The notes under the pieces are model-generated. The model was not told where the DNA came from and searched no databases. It worked only from the letters and a program-made list of their open reading frames with translations. Positions 17,946 through 28,583 of a stretch of DNA of 64,000 bases are shown one piece after another (position 1 is the first letter of the stretch; each line of letters opens with the position of its first letter). A program made the position numbers and the translations under genes. Source of the DNA: Candidatus Levyibacteriota bacterium (lineage in GTDB: Bacteria > Patescibacteriota > Microgenomatia > Levybacterales > UBA12049); contig JACROF010000016.1 in assembly GCA_016214555.1 (NCBI GenBank), positions 633-64,632 on the forward strand. The letters are read 5' to 3'.

Positions 17946-18577
17946 TATCCTATCTCCCTTCCTGATATAAGATCTGAAATGACATCGGTTACTTTAGCGG
18001 GATGGGGAATTCTGAGAAATTCAAAATTTGATTTAATACCTTCTGTCTGGATCAAAACATTGCCATAGTCAAAAAAGTTTTGGAAAAAGCCTCTTTGCAT
18101 GTATTCAACATCTACTATGCCTTCAATATCAGTCGCTGCAACATTTTTGCTTTGCAGATTTTCAACATCAATATCAACTACTCGAAGGGTTGTGATTAAG
18201 GCTATGTTGTAAAACCAACTAAGAAAATTCATATAAAAATAGCCAAAGACGATAAGATAATAAAAAAGTAAGATGACAAGAAGAAATTGAGGAGGTAATT
18301 CGGGAAGGATAACCAGCTGTAGTGTGTGAAAAAGAAAAACGACAATAGGGAGAAGTGTAAAAGCGATGGTTCCTGCTATCCAGTTAATATTGGTAATAAA
18401 ATGACGACGAAGGAATAGTAAGATTTCTTCATCTTTTTCCTGATTTTCAAACGTAATGCCTTCTGGAGCAATGTGGAAAGAGGCAAAAGGGTGCATCTCC
18501 CTTTTCTTAATCACAACTTTTCCTGGTTGAGGAATGCTCAGATCTTTATCAGGCTGCGCAACGTACAAGTCAGGCAT
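17945..18577 (-). CDS. membrane protein with two TM helices plus a C-terminal domain (bacterial PH-domain-like architecture)
   Basis: ORF; TM hairpin followed by a soluble beta-rich region. Confidence 0.5.
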   Translation of the reverse strand: MPDLYVAQPDKDLSIPQPGKVVIKKREMHPFASFHIAPEGITFENQEKDEEILLFLRRHFITNINWIAGTIAFTLLPIVVFLFHTLQLVILPELPPQFLLVILLFYYLIVFGYFYMNFLSWFYNIALITTLRVVDIDVENLQSKNVAATDIEGIVDVEYMQRGFFQNFFDYGNVLIQTEGIKSNFEFLRIPHPAKVTDVISDLISGREIG

Positions 18578-18618
18578 ATCGGTATTATACTCAATTACGC
18601 TAAAGGATGTATATAGGA

Positions 18619-20331
18619 CTATTTATGCTCAATATTAAAGAATGCAAATCCGCTTTGGGGGATCGACATGTAGCCAGGAGCGCGAAGATTAAATGCTGTT
18701 TTGAAATTTCCTGCATTTAGTCTTTTTTCTCCTTTATCGGTCTGAAACACCACCTCATTTGAGGAGCCATTTCCTTGGATAACGCTAGCTCCTGAAACTG
18801 ATGAGATACCTCCTCCATATGAGGATGAGATTGATCTAAGCTCGTCCATGCTATATGGGTTGCCTCCCCAACAGCTGGTAGTAACAGGGGTAACTCTCCC
18901 AGTATCAGCTCCACTTCCTCCTCCGTACATAACATAATAAGCATTTATCAAATCAGCCATTTCACTACTATTGAGCCAGGGATTGGCACGACCACAACTA
19001 TCACCTGAGGAGCTATAGCCTTTTCTGTACCAGGATTTATAGAACCAGGGAGATCCGGCGAGCTTTTCATACGCCCTTTCTGAGAAGCTTGAGCCACCAC
19101 TGCCGTCTGTTGTATCCCACCCAAGCGGACTAACATAGCCGCCAGTGGTTGATGAAAAATAGGTGACAACATCCTCAAGAACTTGTCCGCGAGTATCCTG
19201 AACTGCTTGTCTCCATGCTTCGGGAGGGTTAGATGCTTTTCCTGAGTTATAGACTTGGCATGATTCTGTCGCGCAGATTTCTTGTCCTTGCGATTTGTAT
19301 CGGTATGCATAGGTCCTTGCAGCAATTGCTTGAGCCTTGAGAGCTTCTCTTGGCCAACTGCTTGGCATTTCCGCAATTCCTAAAAGATATTGATCTTCAA
19401 AGCTCATGGAACCATATCCAGAAACACTGATATCGCCGCCTGTATCTTTTGATACGGGCTCTTTTCCGTAATATGCCTTGAGAATAGTTTTATAATCTTG
19501 GCCGGCATTAGCTCTTCCAAGCGCTCCGTACTGACTAAGGCCTTTTCGGTGGGTATAGGCTCCAAAGGAAAAAGCGGCAAACGATCCGCCGGGTGCGCTA
19601 TCTCGAAATCCTTTAATGGAAGCATTGTAGTCATCAGCTAAATCACTATCTCCCATGGTTGCCGTAAATCCTCCGGATCTTGCGCTGAGGATTTCATTTT
19701 GTTTTGCTGTTAAAGCAGCAAGTTCTGAGGAAACTTGAGCCTGATATGCCTTTGCCCCTTTAATTACGCCGTCTAGTTTGCTTGACTGCTCATCCAGTGA
19801 AGACTTAATGCCGATTAATTTTTTTTGTTCCTTTTCAAGTTGGTCCTTCCTCTCTTCCAGGTCAGTAAGCGTGAGGGCGATATTGGTAATAATCTCTTTG
19901 TCTTGATTTGTTTTAGCTCGTTGGTAAGCAAGAATTCTGGTTATGTCAGAGGCATTATTTGATGAAAGGAAAAGAGAAAGAGGGCTATTGTAGTAGCTTT
20001 TGATATAGTAATTTCTTACTGTCTGGTTGAGGATTTTTTCCTTTGCTGCCATGTTTTTATACCCTTTTTCGATGTTGTTTTTTTTAACAATCATTTCTTG
20101 TTCAACAAAAGACACTCGATTTTTAATCCCTGAGATTTGTGACTCAAGAGCGTTAAGCTGTGACTCAAGTGGTTTTGTTGCTGCAACTGATTGATTAAGA
20201 GCAGAGGTGAGATCACTTATCTGTTTATTAAGATCATCTAGTTCATCAGAGTATGTTTTGGTGATGGGAAGCGTGCTGATGCTAATAATGACGATAACAA
20301 TACTAAAAAGATAACGAAGGAATTTGGGCAT
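18619..20331 (-). CDS. SpoIID/LytB domain protein with N-terminal signal anchor and coiled-coil region
   Basis: ALKAQAIAARTYAYRY... SpoIID/LytB signature; N-terminal heptad-rich ~230 aa. Confidence 0.75.
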   Translation of the reverse strand: MPKFLRYLFSIVIVIISISTLPITKTYSDELDDLNKQISDLTSALNQSVAATKPLESQLNALESQISGIKNRVSFVEQEMIVKKNNIEKGYKNMAAKEKILNQTVRNYYIKSYYNSPLSLFLSSNNASDITRILAYQRAKTNQDKEIITNIALTLTDLEERKDQLEKEQKKLIGIKSSLDEQSSKLDGVIKGAKAYQAQVSSELAALTAKQNEILSARSGGFTATMGDSDLADDYNASIKGFRDSAPGGSFAAFSFGAYTHRKGLSQYGALGRANAGQDYKTILKAYYGKEPVSKDTGGDISVSGYGSMSFEDQYLLGIAEMPSSWPREALKAQAIAARTYAYRYKSQGQEICATESCQVYNSGKASNPPEAWRQAVQDTRGQVLEDVVTYFSSTTGGYVSPLGWDTTDGSGGSSFSERAYEKLAGSPWFYKSWYRKGYSSSGDSCGRANPWLNSSEMADLINAYYVMYGGGSGADTGRVTPVTTSCWGGNPYSMDELRSISSSYGGGISSVSGASVIQGNGSSNEVVFQTDKGEKRLNAGNFKTAFNLRAPGYMSIPQSGFAFFNIEHK

Positions 20332-20416
20332 CTAACTATTATAGCAAACAAAAGCAACATCAAGCGCTTGCAAACTCGAAAAAGTATGATAAACTCAGGA
20401 ATACTTTTGCAAACTT

Positions 20417-21013
20417 ATGGCAGACGAATTTCCTAACCTCTCCTCTTACACCAATCGAGAACCATCATCGCCTAAAAAAAAGGCATTTTTATATGTAAGT
20501 ATTTTTGTTCTTCTTATAGGGGGAGCAATTTTTTTTGGAAATTACTTTTTGAGTCCTCAAAGATCAAAGCAGGCAAGTGCTGCTCCTACTTCTGTACCAA
20601 CTGTAACCCCAACGCCAACAAGTGTTGCTAAGACAGTTACTCCCTCGATGACGCCTAAAGCCACCCAGGCATCAACACCTTCTCCAACAGGAAAAAAGAC
20701 AACACTATCACCAACACAGGAGCCAACGAGTACGGCAAAGCTTCGCATAGAGGTTCTTAACGGCTCTGGAAAATCAGGCGCAGCAAGTGTAATGGCTTCA
20801 TTTCTTAAAGAAAAAGGATATCTTATTACTTCAGCAGGCAATGCCGATACGTTTGATTATCAGCAAACAGAAATTCAAATAAAAAAAAGTAAATCATCAA
20901 ATCTATCTCAGCTAAAAAAAGATCTTTCCTCAACCTATGAAGTGGCAAGCACCGTTGAAACGCTTGCTGAATCTTCATCAGCTGATGCTATAGTTATAGT
21001 GGGCGCTGAATAA
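20417..21013 (+). CDS. LytR_C (LytR/CpsA/Psr C-terminal) domain protein; membrane anchor and Thr/Pro-rich linker
   Basis: TM FLYVSIFVLLIGGAIFF; TP-rich linker; LRIEVLNGSGKSGAASVMASFLKEKGY. Confidence 0.65.
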   Translation: MADEFPNLSSYTNREPSSPKKKAFLYVSIFVLLIGGAIFFGNYFLSPQRSKQASAAPTSVPTVTPTPTSVAKTVTPSMTPKATQASTPSPTGKKTTLSPTQEPTSTAKLRIEVLNGSGKSGAASVMASFLKEKGYLITSAGNADTFDYQQTEIQIKKSKSSNLSQLKKDLSSTYEVASTVETLAESSSADAIVIVGAE

Positions 21014-21022
21014 AAATCTTCC

Positions 21023-21961
21023 ATGATATATGACGTTGTCACGATAGGAAATGTTCTTATCGATGCTTTCTTGCATCTCTCTGATCACGCAAATTTAGTT
21101 CGAGCTGATTCTCATACTAACGAGCTTAGAATAGGGCTTGGGCAAAAGATTCCACTGGATGGATATGATTTGCAGATGGGAGGGAATGCTGCAAACGTTG
21201 CTGTAGGACTTAGAAGAACTGGTTATAAAAGCGCTTTGATGGCAGAGGTTGGTGAAGACGAGTTAAGCAGTAAAATATTGCATGACTTAGAAAAAGAAAA
21301 GGTAGAGATGGAGCTTTTACATAAAGGAAAAGGGACGACTTCTTTATCTGTTGGACTACAGTATAAGAATGAACGGATACTTTTTACCCATCATCAGCAA
21401 AGAGAACACAATTTTGATTTTAGTTCTTTTCAAACGAGACTTATCTATCTTACCTCCCTTGGTCACTCCTGGTTACCTACCTATAAAAAGGCGGCAGAGT
21501 ATGTGCAAAAACACCACACGCTTCTTGCCTTTAACCCAGGATCGATACAGCTTTTAGACGGCGCTGAATCATTTTCTTTTCTTTTTCCACTTCTTACCGT
21601 CCTTTTTGTCAATAAAGAAGAGGCAGAAAAAATAGTAGGGGAAAAATTACCAACCCAAGACCTTCTGACTGCTCTTCAAAAAAAAGGGTCAATGACAGTG
21701 TGCTTGACCGATGGAGAAAAAGGAGCCTATGCTATAGATAGTCAAGGGCAAGCGTATTACCAGGAGAAAATAGCGTGTCCTGTTATTGAAAAGACGGGAG
21801 CAGGGGATGCTTTTGCATCTGGATTTTTGGCAGCGATGCTTTCAAAACACTCTATTAAAGACGCAATGCTTTTTGGGGCACATAATGCTGCATCGGTTAT
21901 TGGTCATATGGGAGCTCAGAAGGGGTTACTTGAGAAAGAAGATTTAGAGAGAAAGTTATGA
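21023..21961 (+). CDS. PfkB-family carbohydrate kinase (ribokinase-like)
   Basis: GAGDAFASGFL motif; GG dipeptide region MGGNAANVA. Confidence 0.8.
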   Translation: MIYDVVTIGNVLIDAFLHLSDHANLVRADSHTNELRIGLGQKIPLDGYDLQMGGNAANVAVGLRRTGYKSALMAEVGEDELSSKILHDLEKEKVEMELLHKGKGTTSLSVGLQYKNERILFTHHQQREHNFDFSSFQTRLIYLTSLGHSWLPTYKKAAEYVQKHHTLLAFNPGSIQLLDGAESFSFLFPLLTVLFVNKEEAEKIVGEKLPTQDLLTALQKKGSMTVCLTDGEKGAYAIDSQGQAYYQEKIACPVIEKTGAGDAFASGFLAAMLSKHSIKDAMLFGAHNAASVIGHMGAQKGLLEKEDLERKL

Positions 21962-22410
21962 AAACAATTTTTATTGGAGCAGACCATAGAGGATTTGAGC
22001 TTAAAAATGAGATCGTAAAGTCTTTAATGGATAAAAAGTATTCTGTTGTTGATATGGGAGCAGATCAAGAAAACAAAACAGATGACTTTGTCGATTTCGC
22101 AACTTTAGTAGGAGGAAAAGTAAGCACGACTCCTGATGCTTTTGGAGTATTACTTTGCGGAAGTGGAGTAGGGATGTGTATCGCAGCTAATAAAATTCCT
22201 TCGATACGATGTGCCGTTGGTCATAGTCTGGAGGAAATTCGTCTTGCTAGACAGGATGATAACATTAATATTCTTTCATTATCAGCTGATACACTCTCAA
22301 AAGAGGATGCGATCTCTTTTGTAGAAGAGTTTTTGGAAACCGATTTTGTTCCTCAAGAAAGGTATCTTCGACGAATTGCAAAAATTGAAAGCCTTGAACA
22401 TCATGCTTGA
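21958..22410 (+). CDS. rpiB: ribose-5-phosphate isomerase B
   Basis: CGSGVGMCIAANK motif. Confidence 0.85.
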   Translation: MKTIFIGADHRGFELKNEIVKSLMDKKYSVVDMGADQENKTDDFVDFATLVGGKVSTTPDAFGVLLCGSGVGMCIAANKIPSIRCAVGHSLEEIRLARQDDNINILSLSADTLSKEDAISFVEEFLETDFVPQERYLRRIAKIESLEHHA

Positions 22411-23041
22411 ATTAATTCCGGGTATTTTAGAAAAAGAGTGGGAAGCCATTAAGGAAAAGCTTGAACTTGCATCCCAAGTTACCAACACTGTTCACATTGA
22501 TATTATGGATGGAGTTTTGACTCCAGAAAAAACTTTCCTAGACCCACAACCATTTAAGAAATACACCCGATCATTGTATCTTGAGGTTCATATGATGGTT
22601 AAAAACCCTATTGTGTATTTGGAGCAATTTGCTCAAGCTGGATTTAGGAGGTTTTTAGGTCACATTGAAATGATGGATAGCCAAGAAGAGTTTGTAGCTA
22701 AAGCAGGAGAGCTTGGTGAGGTAGGCCTTGCGTTTGATGGGTTGACGAGTATTTCTGCAATAAACGTGCCGATTGAAAATTTGGATACGTTGCTTCTTTT
22801 TACCGGAGAGAGAATTGGAAAGTCAGGGCAAAGCCTTCTTCCTGAAAGGCTTGAAAAAATTTCGTCATTTCATAAAATTCACGATAATCTTTCTATAACA
22901 GTTGACGGAGGGATAAATGATAAGACAATATTACAAGCTATGCATGCAGGAGCTAGCAGGTTTGTAGCTACATCTGCATTATTTCACACAAAGGATTTTA
23001 TCTCCTCATATCAACATATGAAAAAAAGCCTTCAGTATTGA
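22403..23041 (+). CDS. rpe: ribulose-phosphate 3-epimerase (start at MLELIPG, overlapping the rpiB stop)
   Basis: HIDIMDG and VDGGIN motifs. Confidence 0.8.
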   Translation: MLELIPGILEKEWEAIKEKLELASQVTNTVHIDIMDGVLTPEKTFLDPQPFKKYTRSLYLEVHMMVKNPIVYLEQFAQAGFRRFLGHIEMMDSQEEFVAKAGELGEVGLAFDGLTSISAINVPIENLDTLLLFTGERIGKSGQSLLPERLEKISSFHKIHDNLSITVDGGINDKTILQAMHAGASRFVATSALFHTKDFISSYQHMKKSLQY

Positions 23042-23049
23042 TCTGAGGG

Positions 23050-25272
23050 TTAAGGAGTTTTTGGAGTAAGTGAAGGAAAATTTGTTCTGCATGAGCTCTG
23101 TGACTCAGTACCTCTGACAAAGTACTCAGTTCTTCCAAAGCAAGGGACGGCAATAATATCAGGCGGTGGGCTTACTGTAGGCTCTTTTTTTTGAGAAAGA
23201 AGCTGGGTCATAATTTTATTCCAGATTGGGGCTGCTCCAGTGATACCTGATGCGAGAGTTTGGCTCATGGGGGTATTGTCATTATTCCCAACCCACACAA
23301 TGGTCACAAAATTTGCAGTATAACCATTTGTCCAGTTATCTCTTTTGTTATCTGAAGTTCCTGTTTTGACAGAGACTTTATGTCCTGGAATAACAAGCGG
23401 GGATGACGATCCAAACGCCATGCTTCGAGCCTTGTTGTCTGAAAGGATATCTGAGATGATATAAGACGTTGCAGGTGTTAGAACCTGTGTTCCTGATGGT
23501 TCTCTTTTTTCCTCAAGAGTAGCCCCTTTGTAGTCAGTAATTTTAAGTATGGGATTAAGATCAACCCTTTTCCCTTGATTGGCCAGCGCACCATTAACCG
23601 TTGCCATATCAAGCATAGTTACCTCAGCAGCGCCAAGAGTAAGTGAGAGGCCATAATTCTCTGGTTCATTCCAGTTCCTAATGCCCATATCTTTACCAAG
23701 CTTTATCATTGTTGGGACACCGATTTGGGAAAGGATTTTTACAGCAGGAATGTTAAGAGAGTTTGCAAGAGCGATGCGAAGAGGGACTTTTCCGCGATAT
23801 TTCCCGTCATAGTTAACAGGAGAGTAGATACTTGTACCAAGATTAAAGCTTATAGGAGAATCATCAATGATTGACCCTGCAGTAAACCCATTCTCTAAAG
23901 CAGCACTATAGGTAATAATTTTTACTGATGACCCTGGTTGTCTAAGAGATGTGGCAAGGTTGACGTTGCCGCTTGTCGGATCATTGAAGTTTTTACTTCC
24001 AATCATCGCAAGAATATCTCCGTTTTGAGGATTTGTTACAACTGCTGCGCCATTTGAGATGTTAAGATACCCATCTTTTGCTATTTCTTCTGAAACAATT
24101 TTTTGAACTGTATCATTGAGGCTAAGATCGAGAGTAGTTTTTACCTGAAGACCACCTTTTTCAACCATCGCGATGCCATACTTGTTAACAAGAAAGTCAC
24201 GAATATAATTCACAAAATGTGGTGCTTTAAAAGCGGCTTGCTGTGTATTAAAGATGAGCTTTTCTTTTGCTGCTGTGTCTGCCTCTTTTTGAGTAATATA
24301 AGAAAGTTTTACCATTCGTGAGAGAACTTCTTTTTGTCGATTTTTCCAAACGTTTTCCGTTGAAGAGAAGGGCGAGTAGGTGGATGGCGCAGATGTCAAA
24401 CCTGCAAGAAAAGCGCTTTCGGCAAGAGAAAGATTTTTAACGTGTTTGTTAAAGTAAATCTCAGATGCCGCTTCAATTCCCCATGCTGTGCCTCCATAAG
24501 GGACCTGGTTAAAATACATTTCCAATATCTCATTTTTTGTGTATATCCTCTCTGCCCAGAAGGCAAGAATAATTTCTTTTACTTTCCTCTCAATGCTTTG
24601 TTCAGGAGAAAGCATTGAGGACTTGATAAGCTGCTGAGTAATAGTAGACCCTCCTTGTAGTATCTTGCCAGCATGATTATTTGTTTGTAATGCTCTAAGA
24701 ATTGAGGAGATGTCAAACCCTGGATGGCGATAGAAATTTTTATCTTCAATAGCAAGGGTGGCATTTTTTAAAGAAAGCGGTATGCTCGAGAGGGGAACAA
24801 GCGTTCTGTTTTGAGATGCATAAATTTCATAAAGGAGCTCACCATCTCTAGCATAAATCTTTGTTGTTTGGGGGATTTGTCTTGTTGTTAATTCTTTTGG
24901 ATGAGGGAGGTCTTGGAGAAAGACAATAAAAACAAGAGGAAGAAATATGAAGAAAAAAGAGAAGATAAACCCTATCAAAAAATACCGAATCTTGATGAGT
25001 GTTGTTTGATGAAAAAAGATTTTCTTTCTCCTTTTTTCCTTTTTAACTTTTTTTCGATGCCTGAGGTTTGACAAGGCTTTTTGCGTAGTTTTTGTAGTAC
25101 TAACAATGGCATGAAGGCCTAGAGCACATATTTTTCTGACTCCATGTAAAATACTTAATGCCAAGAGAACAAAAAGTTTTACTATCAAGATAGCTAGATT
25201 ACCAATGATGATAAAAAAAAGTGCTATAAAACGTAAGAATATAAATATAAGATACATAAAAATGTTCCTCAA
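23050..25272 (-). CDS. class A penicillin-binding protein (PBP1A-type: transglycosylase plus transpeptidase), paralog 1
   Basis: GT51 motif EDKNFYRHPGFD...QGGSTITQQL; transpeptidase SxxK in GSSVKI. Confidence 0.85.
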   Translation of the reverse strand: MRNIFMYLIFIFLRFIALFFIIIGNLAILIVKLFVLLALSILHGVRKICALGLHAIVSTTKTTQKALSNLRHRKKVKKEKRRKKIFFHQTTLIKIRYFLIGFIFSFFFIFLPLVFIVFLQDLPHPKELTTRQIPQTTKIYARDGELLYEIYASQNRTLVPLSSIPLSLKNATLAIEDKNFYRHPGFDISSILRALQTNNHAGKILQGGSTITQQLIKSSMLSPEQSIERKVKEIILAFWAERIYTKNEILEMYFNQVPYGGTAWGIEAASEIYFNKHVKNLSLAESAFLAGLTSAPSTYSPFSSTENVWKNRQKEVLSRMVKLSYITQKEADTAAKEKLIFNTQQAAFKAPHFVNYIRDFLVNKYGIAMVEKGGLQVKTTLDLSLNDTVQKIVSEEIAKDGYLNISNGAAVVTNPQNGDILAMIGSKNFNDPTSGNVNLATSLRQPGSSVKIITYSAALENGFTAGSIIDDSPISFNLGTSIYSPVNYDGKYRGKVPLRIALANSLNIPAVKILSQIGVPTMIKLGKDMGIRNWNEPENYGLSLTLGAAEVTMLDMATVNGALANQGKRVDLNPILKITDYKGATLEEKREPSGTQVLTPATSYIISDILSDNKARSMAFGSSSPLVIPGHKVSVKTGTSDNKRDNWTNGYTANFVTIVWVGNNDNTPMSQTLASGITGAAPIWNKIMTQLLSQKKEPTVSPPPDIIAVPCFGRTEYFVRGTESQSSCRTNFPSLTPKTP

Positions 25273-25371
25273 AGAATAGGCAGCTTACCCCAATTTGTGG
25301 ATAATTTCAAAGAAGAGAAAGAATTTGCAAGATTATACTAAAGCAAATCAGGCTTGAAAAGGAGGAAAAAG

Positions 25372-25716
25372 TTAGAGGCCTGCTGCGTCTTGATCAAGAA
25401 TAGTAAGCTCTTGCGTTGGATCTCCCGTATCAAGAGCGTTGATTTCCTCAACATCACTAGAGGATGTCGTTGTAATAGAGGGTGTTATGGAAGAGGTGGG
25501 TGATGACACTTGTGGAGCAAGAGAGGAGGCATCTTGATTGGTAGTCTGATTGATAATCATAAAAAGAATCATGCTAATAAAGAGGATAACAAGAGCAATG
25601 ATGGATATAATAAGATAGAGAGATTTTTTATTTGCTTGTGCATTTACTCCCGGATCTTGGATGGGCGTTGATGGAGGCGTCTGGGGCGCTTGAGATGGTA
25701 TAGGTTGTTGTTCCAT
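25372..25716 (-). CDS. single-pass membrane protein, Pro/Ser/Thr-rich; hypothetical
   Basis: ORF; TM LYLIISIIALVILFISMILFMII. Confidence 0.45.
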   Translation of the reverse strand: MEQQPIPSQAPQTPPSTPIQDPGVNAQANKKSLYLIISIIALVILFISMILFMIINQTTNQDASSLAPQVSSPTSSITPSITTTSSSDVEEINALDTGDPTQELTILDQDAAGL

Positions 25717-25719
25717 AGC

Positions 25720-26310
25720 TTATTCTATTGTAGACGTATTAGGGATTTCTTGATGGATTAACGTAACTGCTTTTATTACTGCCTCACGAGCTGCTGCAAC
25801 TGCCTGATGCGTTGTTCTTATATCGTTACGAAAGAGAGAGAGTGTCTCTTTTACTGCTTCTCTGAGTGTTGTTTCATCGACAATGGTGATTACGTAATCT
25901 TTTTCTTGCTGTGTCGCAACAGCATCTTTTGCATCTTCAATAAGTATCTCAGCATTGGCAACAGCATCTTTTGCCTCGATTGAGTCAGATGTAGCCGCAG
26001 CAGTAGCTAAGATGGTTGACATTCGGGTAAGCGAGTTGCTCATAGTTGCTGTTAGTGTCTGGTTGACTTTTGCTATACGCTCGTCGATATTTTTGGTGAG
26101 ATTTTTTTTCTTTTCGTCTTTTATCTGAGAGAGTTTTTCTTTAAATGTCTCTCTCGCTTTTTCTCGAGTTTTATTTTGCAATGGTTCCCTTTTGGTAGTT
26201 GTGGATGGAGGTATTTGGGCAATGTAATTGAGTTGACTTGAGGAGAGGGCAAAAGTATGTAGCGGAAAAGAAATACCAAGTATAAAGAGAATACTAAACA
26301 GGTATCTCAT
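25720..26310 (-). CDS. secreted coiled-coil protein; hypothetical
   Basis: signal peptide MRYLFSILFILGISFPLHTFA; heptad-rich. Confidence 0.5.
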   Translation of the reverse strand: MRYLFSILFILGISFPLHTFALSSSQLNYIAQIPPSTTTKREPLQNKTREKARETFKEKLSQIKDEKKKNLTKNIDERIAKVNQTLTATMSNSLTRMSTILATAAATSDSIEAKDAVANAEILIEDAKDAVATQQEKDYVITIVDETTLREAVKETLSLFRNDIRTTHQAVAAAREAVIKAVTLIHQEIPNTSTIE

Positions 26311-26346
26311 AAGTAAAGATCATACTATGACATCTGAGAATAATTG

Positions 26347-28545
26347 TCAAGGCGAGGGAGTTGGAGTTGGGTGAGAGCAGGTAACACAATATCTATTATT
26401 GAGAGGATCAGTGACAATCAAATGTTCTCTTTCTTCAACATTATCTGTTTGCCCTGGCTTAGCAAGGTCTTGTGTAGTTTTATCGATAAAGACTTTTTGT
26501 AGACCAGGATCAACTTTTTTAGGTTCAGTTCCTTTGATAAAGTACTCAAAGCGAGTAGGGCATGACCCCTGCTGGGGAGGGATAAGGCCAGATGTTGCAC
26601 AGACTGTTTTTCCTATCACATTGTCAGGCTTTGCTAGTTTGGGGACTGGGGCATTCCCAATAAGGTGAGTTGTTAGAGTGTTCCAGATAGGAGCAGCTCC
26701 CGTGACTCCTGATGCAATATTATTCATAGGAGTATTGTCGTTATTTCCTACCCACACGACGACAACGAAATTGGGCGTGTATCCAATAGTCCAATTGTCA
26801 CGTAAATCATTTGTTGTCCCTGTTTTGACAGCCACAGGAAGGTTTTTGCCAATACGAAGCAGTGAGTTTGGTCCAAATGCAAGAGTGCGAGCTCCGTTAT
26901 CGGAGAGAATGTCTGAGATGATAAATGAGATTCCACTGGGGAGAACTCTTTCACCAAAAATTGGACTCGTTGGTGGTGTATATCGTTCAAGGGTTCGTCC
27001 ATGACTATCTATTACGCTCAGGATAGGATGAAGATCCATGCGGTAGCCGTTATTGGCAAACACGCCATATGCCGTTGCCATCTCAAGCATAGTAACCTCA
27101 CCACCACCAAGTGTGAGTGACAAGCCGTAGCGAGAAGGGTCGCTGTTATAGGAGGTAATTCCCATTGCTGATGCGGTGGCTATCATACTTTCGATAGTGT
27201 TGAGTTTTAGCATCTGTACAGCCGAGGTGTTGATAGAATTACCAAGCGCATAGCGCAGCTGTATGACACCGTGATACTTGCCGTCGTAGTTTTTTGGACA
27301 ATAGGCAGGCCCAGTAATATTTGGATAGCAGGTAGCCTGGTCTACAAAAGGTGTTGCAGCAGTGTAGCCTTTTATGAGGCCAACAGCATAATTGATCGGC
27401 TTTATCGATGAGCCAGGTTGTCTATGGGCAAGGGTAACATTGACATTTCCATCAGATGCAGTGTCGAAATAATCTTTACTCCCAACCATCGCTAGTATTT
27501 CCCCTGTTCCAGGCTTGGTGATAAGAGAAGCTGCATTGCCAACATGGTAATTTTTTAACTTCGCTACTTCTGTCGCAATAGTATCTTGAGCAAAATTTTG
27601 AAGAGAAATATCAAGGCTGGTTTTGACACTGAGGCCTCCTTGTTCTACTGTTTTTGAACCATATTTCTTAACGAGTAGGTCTTTGATGTAGAGAACAAAA
27701 TGTGGTGCAAGAATAGGATTGCTTATTTTTCGATATGTGAGGGGTTGTTTTTTTGCCTGCGCATAATCGTTGTCTGATATGAGATGTTGATCTTTCATTG
27801 CTGTTAGAATTTCAAGTTGTCTTTTTTTAGCAAGCTCCGGACGAGATCCAAAAGGTGAATAGGTTGTGGGTGATTCTGGTAAACCTGCTAATAGAGCTGA
27901 TTCAGCAAGAGTGAGGTCTTTGGCTTTTTTCCCAAAATATGTTTGGGCAGCTGCTTCAACACCATAGGCTGTTCCTCCATAAGGAACTTGATTAAGATAC
28001 ATTTCAAGAATTTTTTCTTTTGAGTAAAACATTTCTGTAATGACAGAAAGGAGGACCTCTTTCACTTTTCGCTTGATGGTTCTTTCAGGACTTAGAAGGC
28101 TTGTTTTTACCAGTTGCTGCGTAAGTGTTGAGCCTCCCTGGAGATCCTTTTTGAAAATAGTTGCGTATGAAGCTCTTAAAATGCCTCGCATGTCAATAGC
28201 ACCATGCTTATAAAATTCTTTATCTTCAATGGCAATAGTAGCATTTTGAAGCGACAATGGAATTTGGGACAAAGGGATAAATGTCTGATTCTTATCAGCG
28301 TATATGGTGTAAAGAAGGTTTCCAGATCTATCATAAATCTTTGTTGATTGAGGAAGGGCTTTACTTGTGAGGGCAGTAGGCGAGGGAAGGTCTTTGATGA
28401 TAAAAAAGTAAAAAATAAAAGCAAGAACGAAAATAGGAAGAGCAATATAGAGCATTCTCTTTCGTTTTTTTAGTGTAACTTTTTTGAAAATAATTTTTTT
28501 TGACATGCTTGTATGATACCATTCACTGGTTTTTCTGCCAAACAA
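26347..28545 (-). CDS. class A penicillin-binding protein (PBP1A-type), paralog 2
   Basis: EDKEFYKHGAIDMRGI...QGGSTLTQQL; SxxK in GSSIKP. Confidence 0.85.
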   Translation of the reverse strand: MFGRKTSEWYHTSMSKKIIFKKVTLKKRKRMLYIALPIFVLAFIFYFFIIKDLPSPTALTSKALPQSTKIYDRSGNLLYTIYADKNQTFIPLSQIPLSLQNATIAIEDKEFYKHGAIDMRGILRASYATIFKKDLQGGSTLTQQLVKTSLLSPERTIKRKVKEVLLSVITEMFYSKEKILEMYLNQVPYGGTAYGVEAAAQTYFGKKAKDLTLAESALLAGLPESPTTYSPFGSRPELAKKRQLEILTAMKDQHLISDNDYAQAKKQPLTYRKISNPILAPHFVLYIKDLLVKKYGSKTVEQGGLSVKTSLDISLQNFAQDTIATEVAKLKNYHVGNAASLITKPGTGEILAMVGSKDYFDTASDGNVNVTLAHRQPGSSIKPINYAVGLIKGYTAATPFVDQATCYPNITGPAYCPKNYDGKYHGVIQLRYALGNSINTSAVQMLKLNTIESMIATASAMGITSYNSDPSRYGLSLTLGGGEVTMLEMATAYGVFANNGYRMDLHPILSVIDSHGRTLERYTPPTSPIFGERVLPSGISFIISDILSDNGARTLAFGPNSLLRIGKNLPVAVKTGTTNDLRDNWTIGYTPNFVVVVWVGNNDNTPMNNIASGVTGAAPIWNTLTTHLIGNAPVPKLAKPDNVIGKTVCATSGLIPPQQGSCPTRFEYFIKGTEPKKVDPGLQKVFIDKTTQDLAKPGQTDNVEEREHLIVTDPLNNRYCVTCSHPTPTPSP

Positions 28546-28583
28546 AGAGTGATGGCGCGTGTTTATATTGCTATAATAATTTT

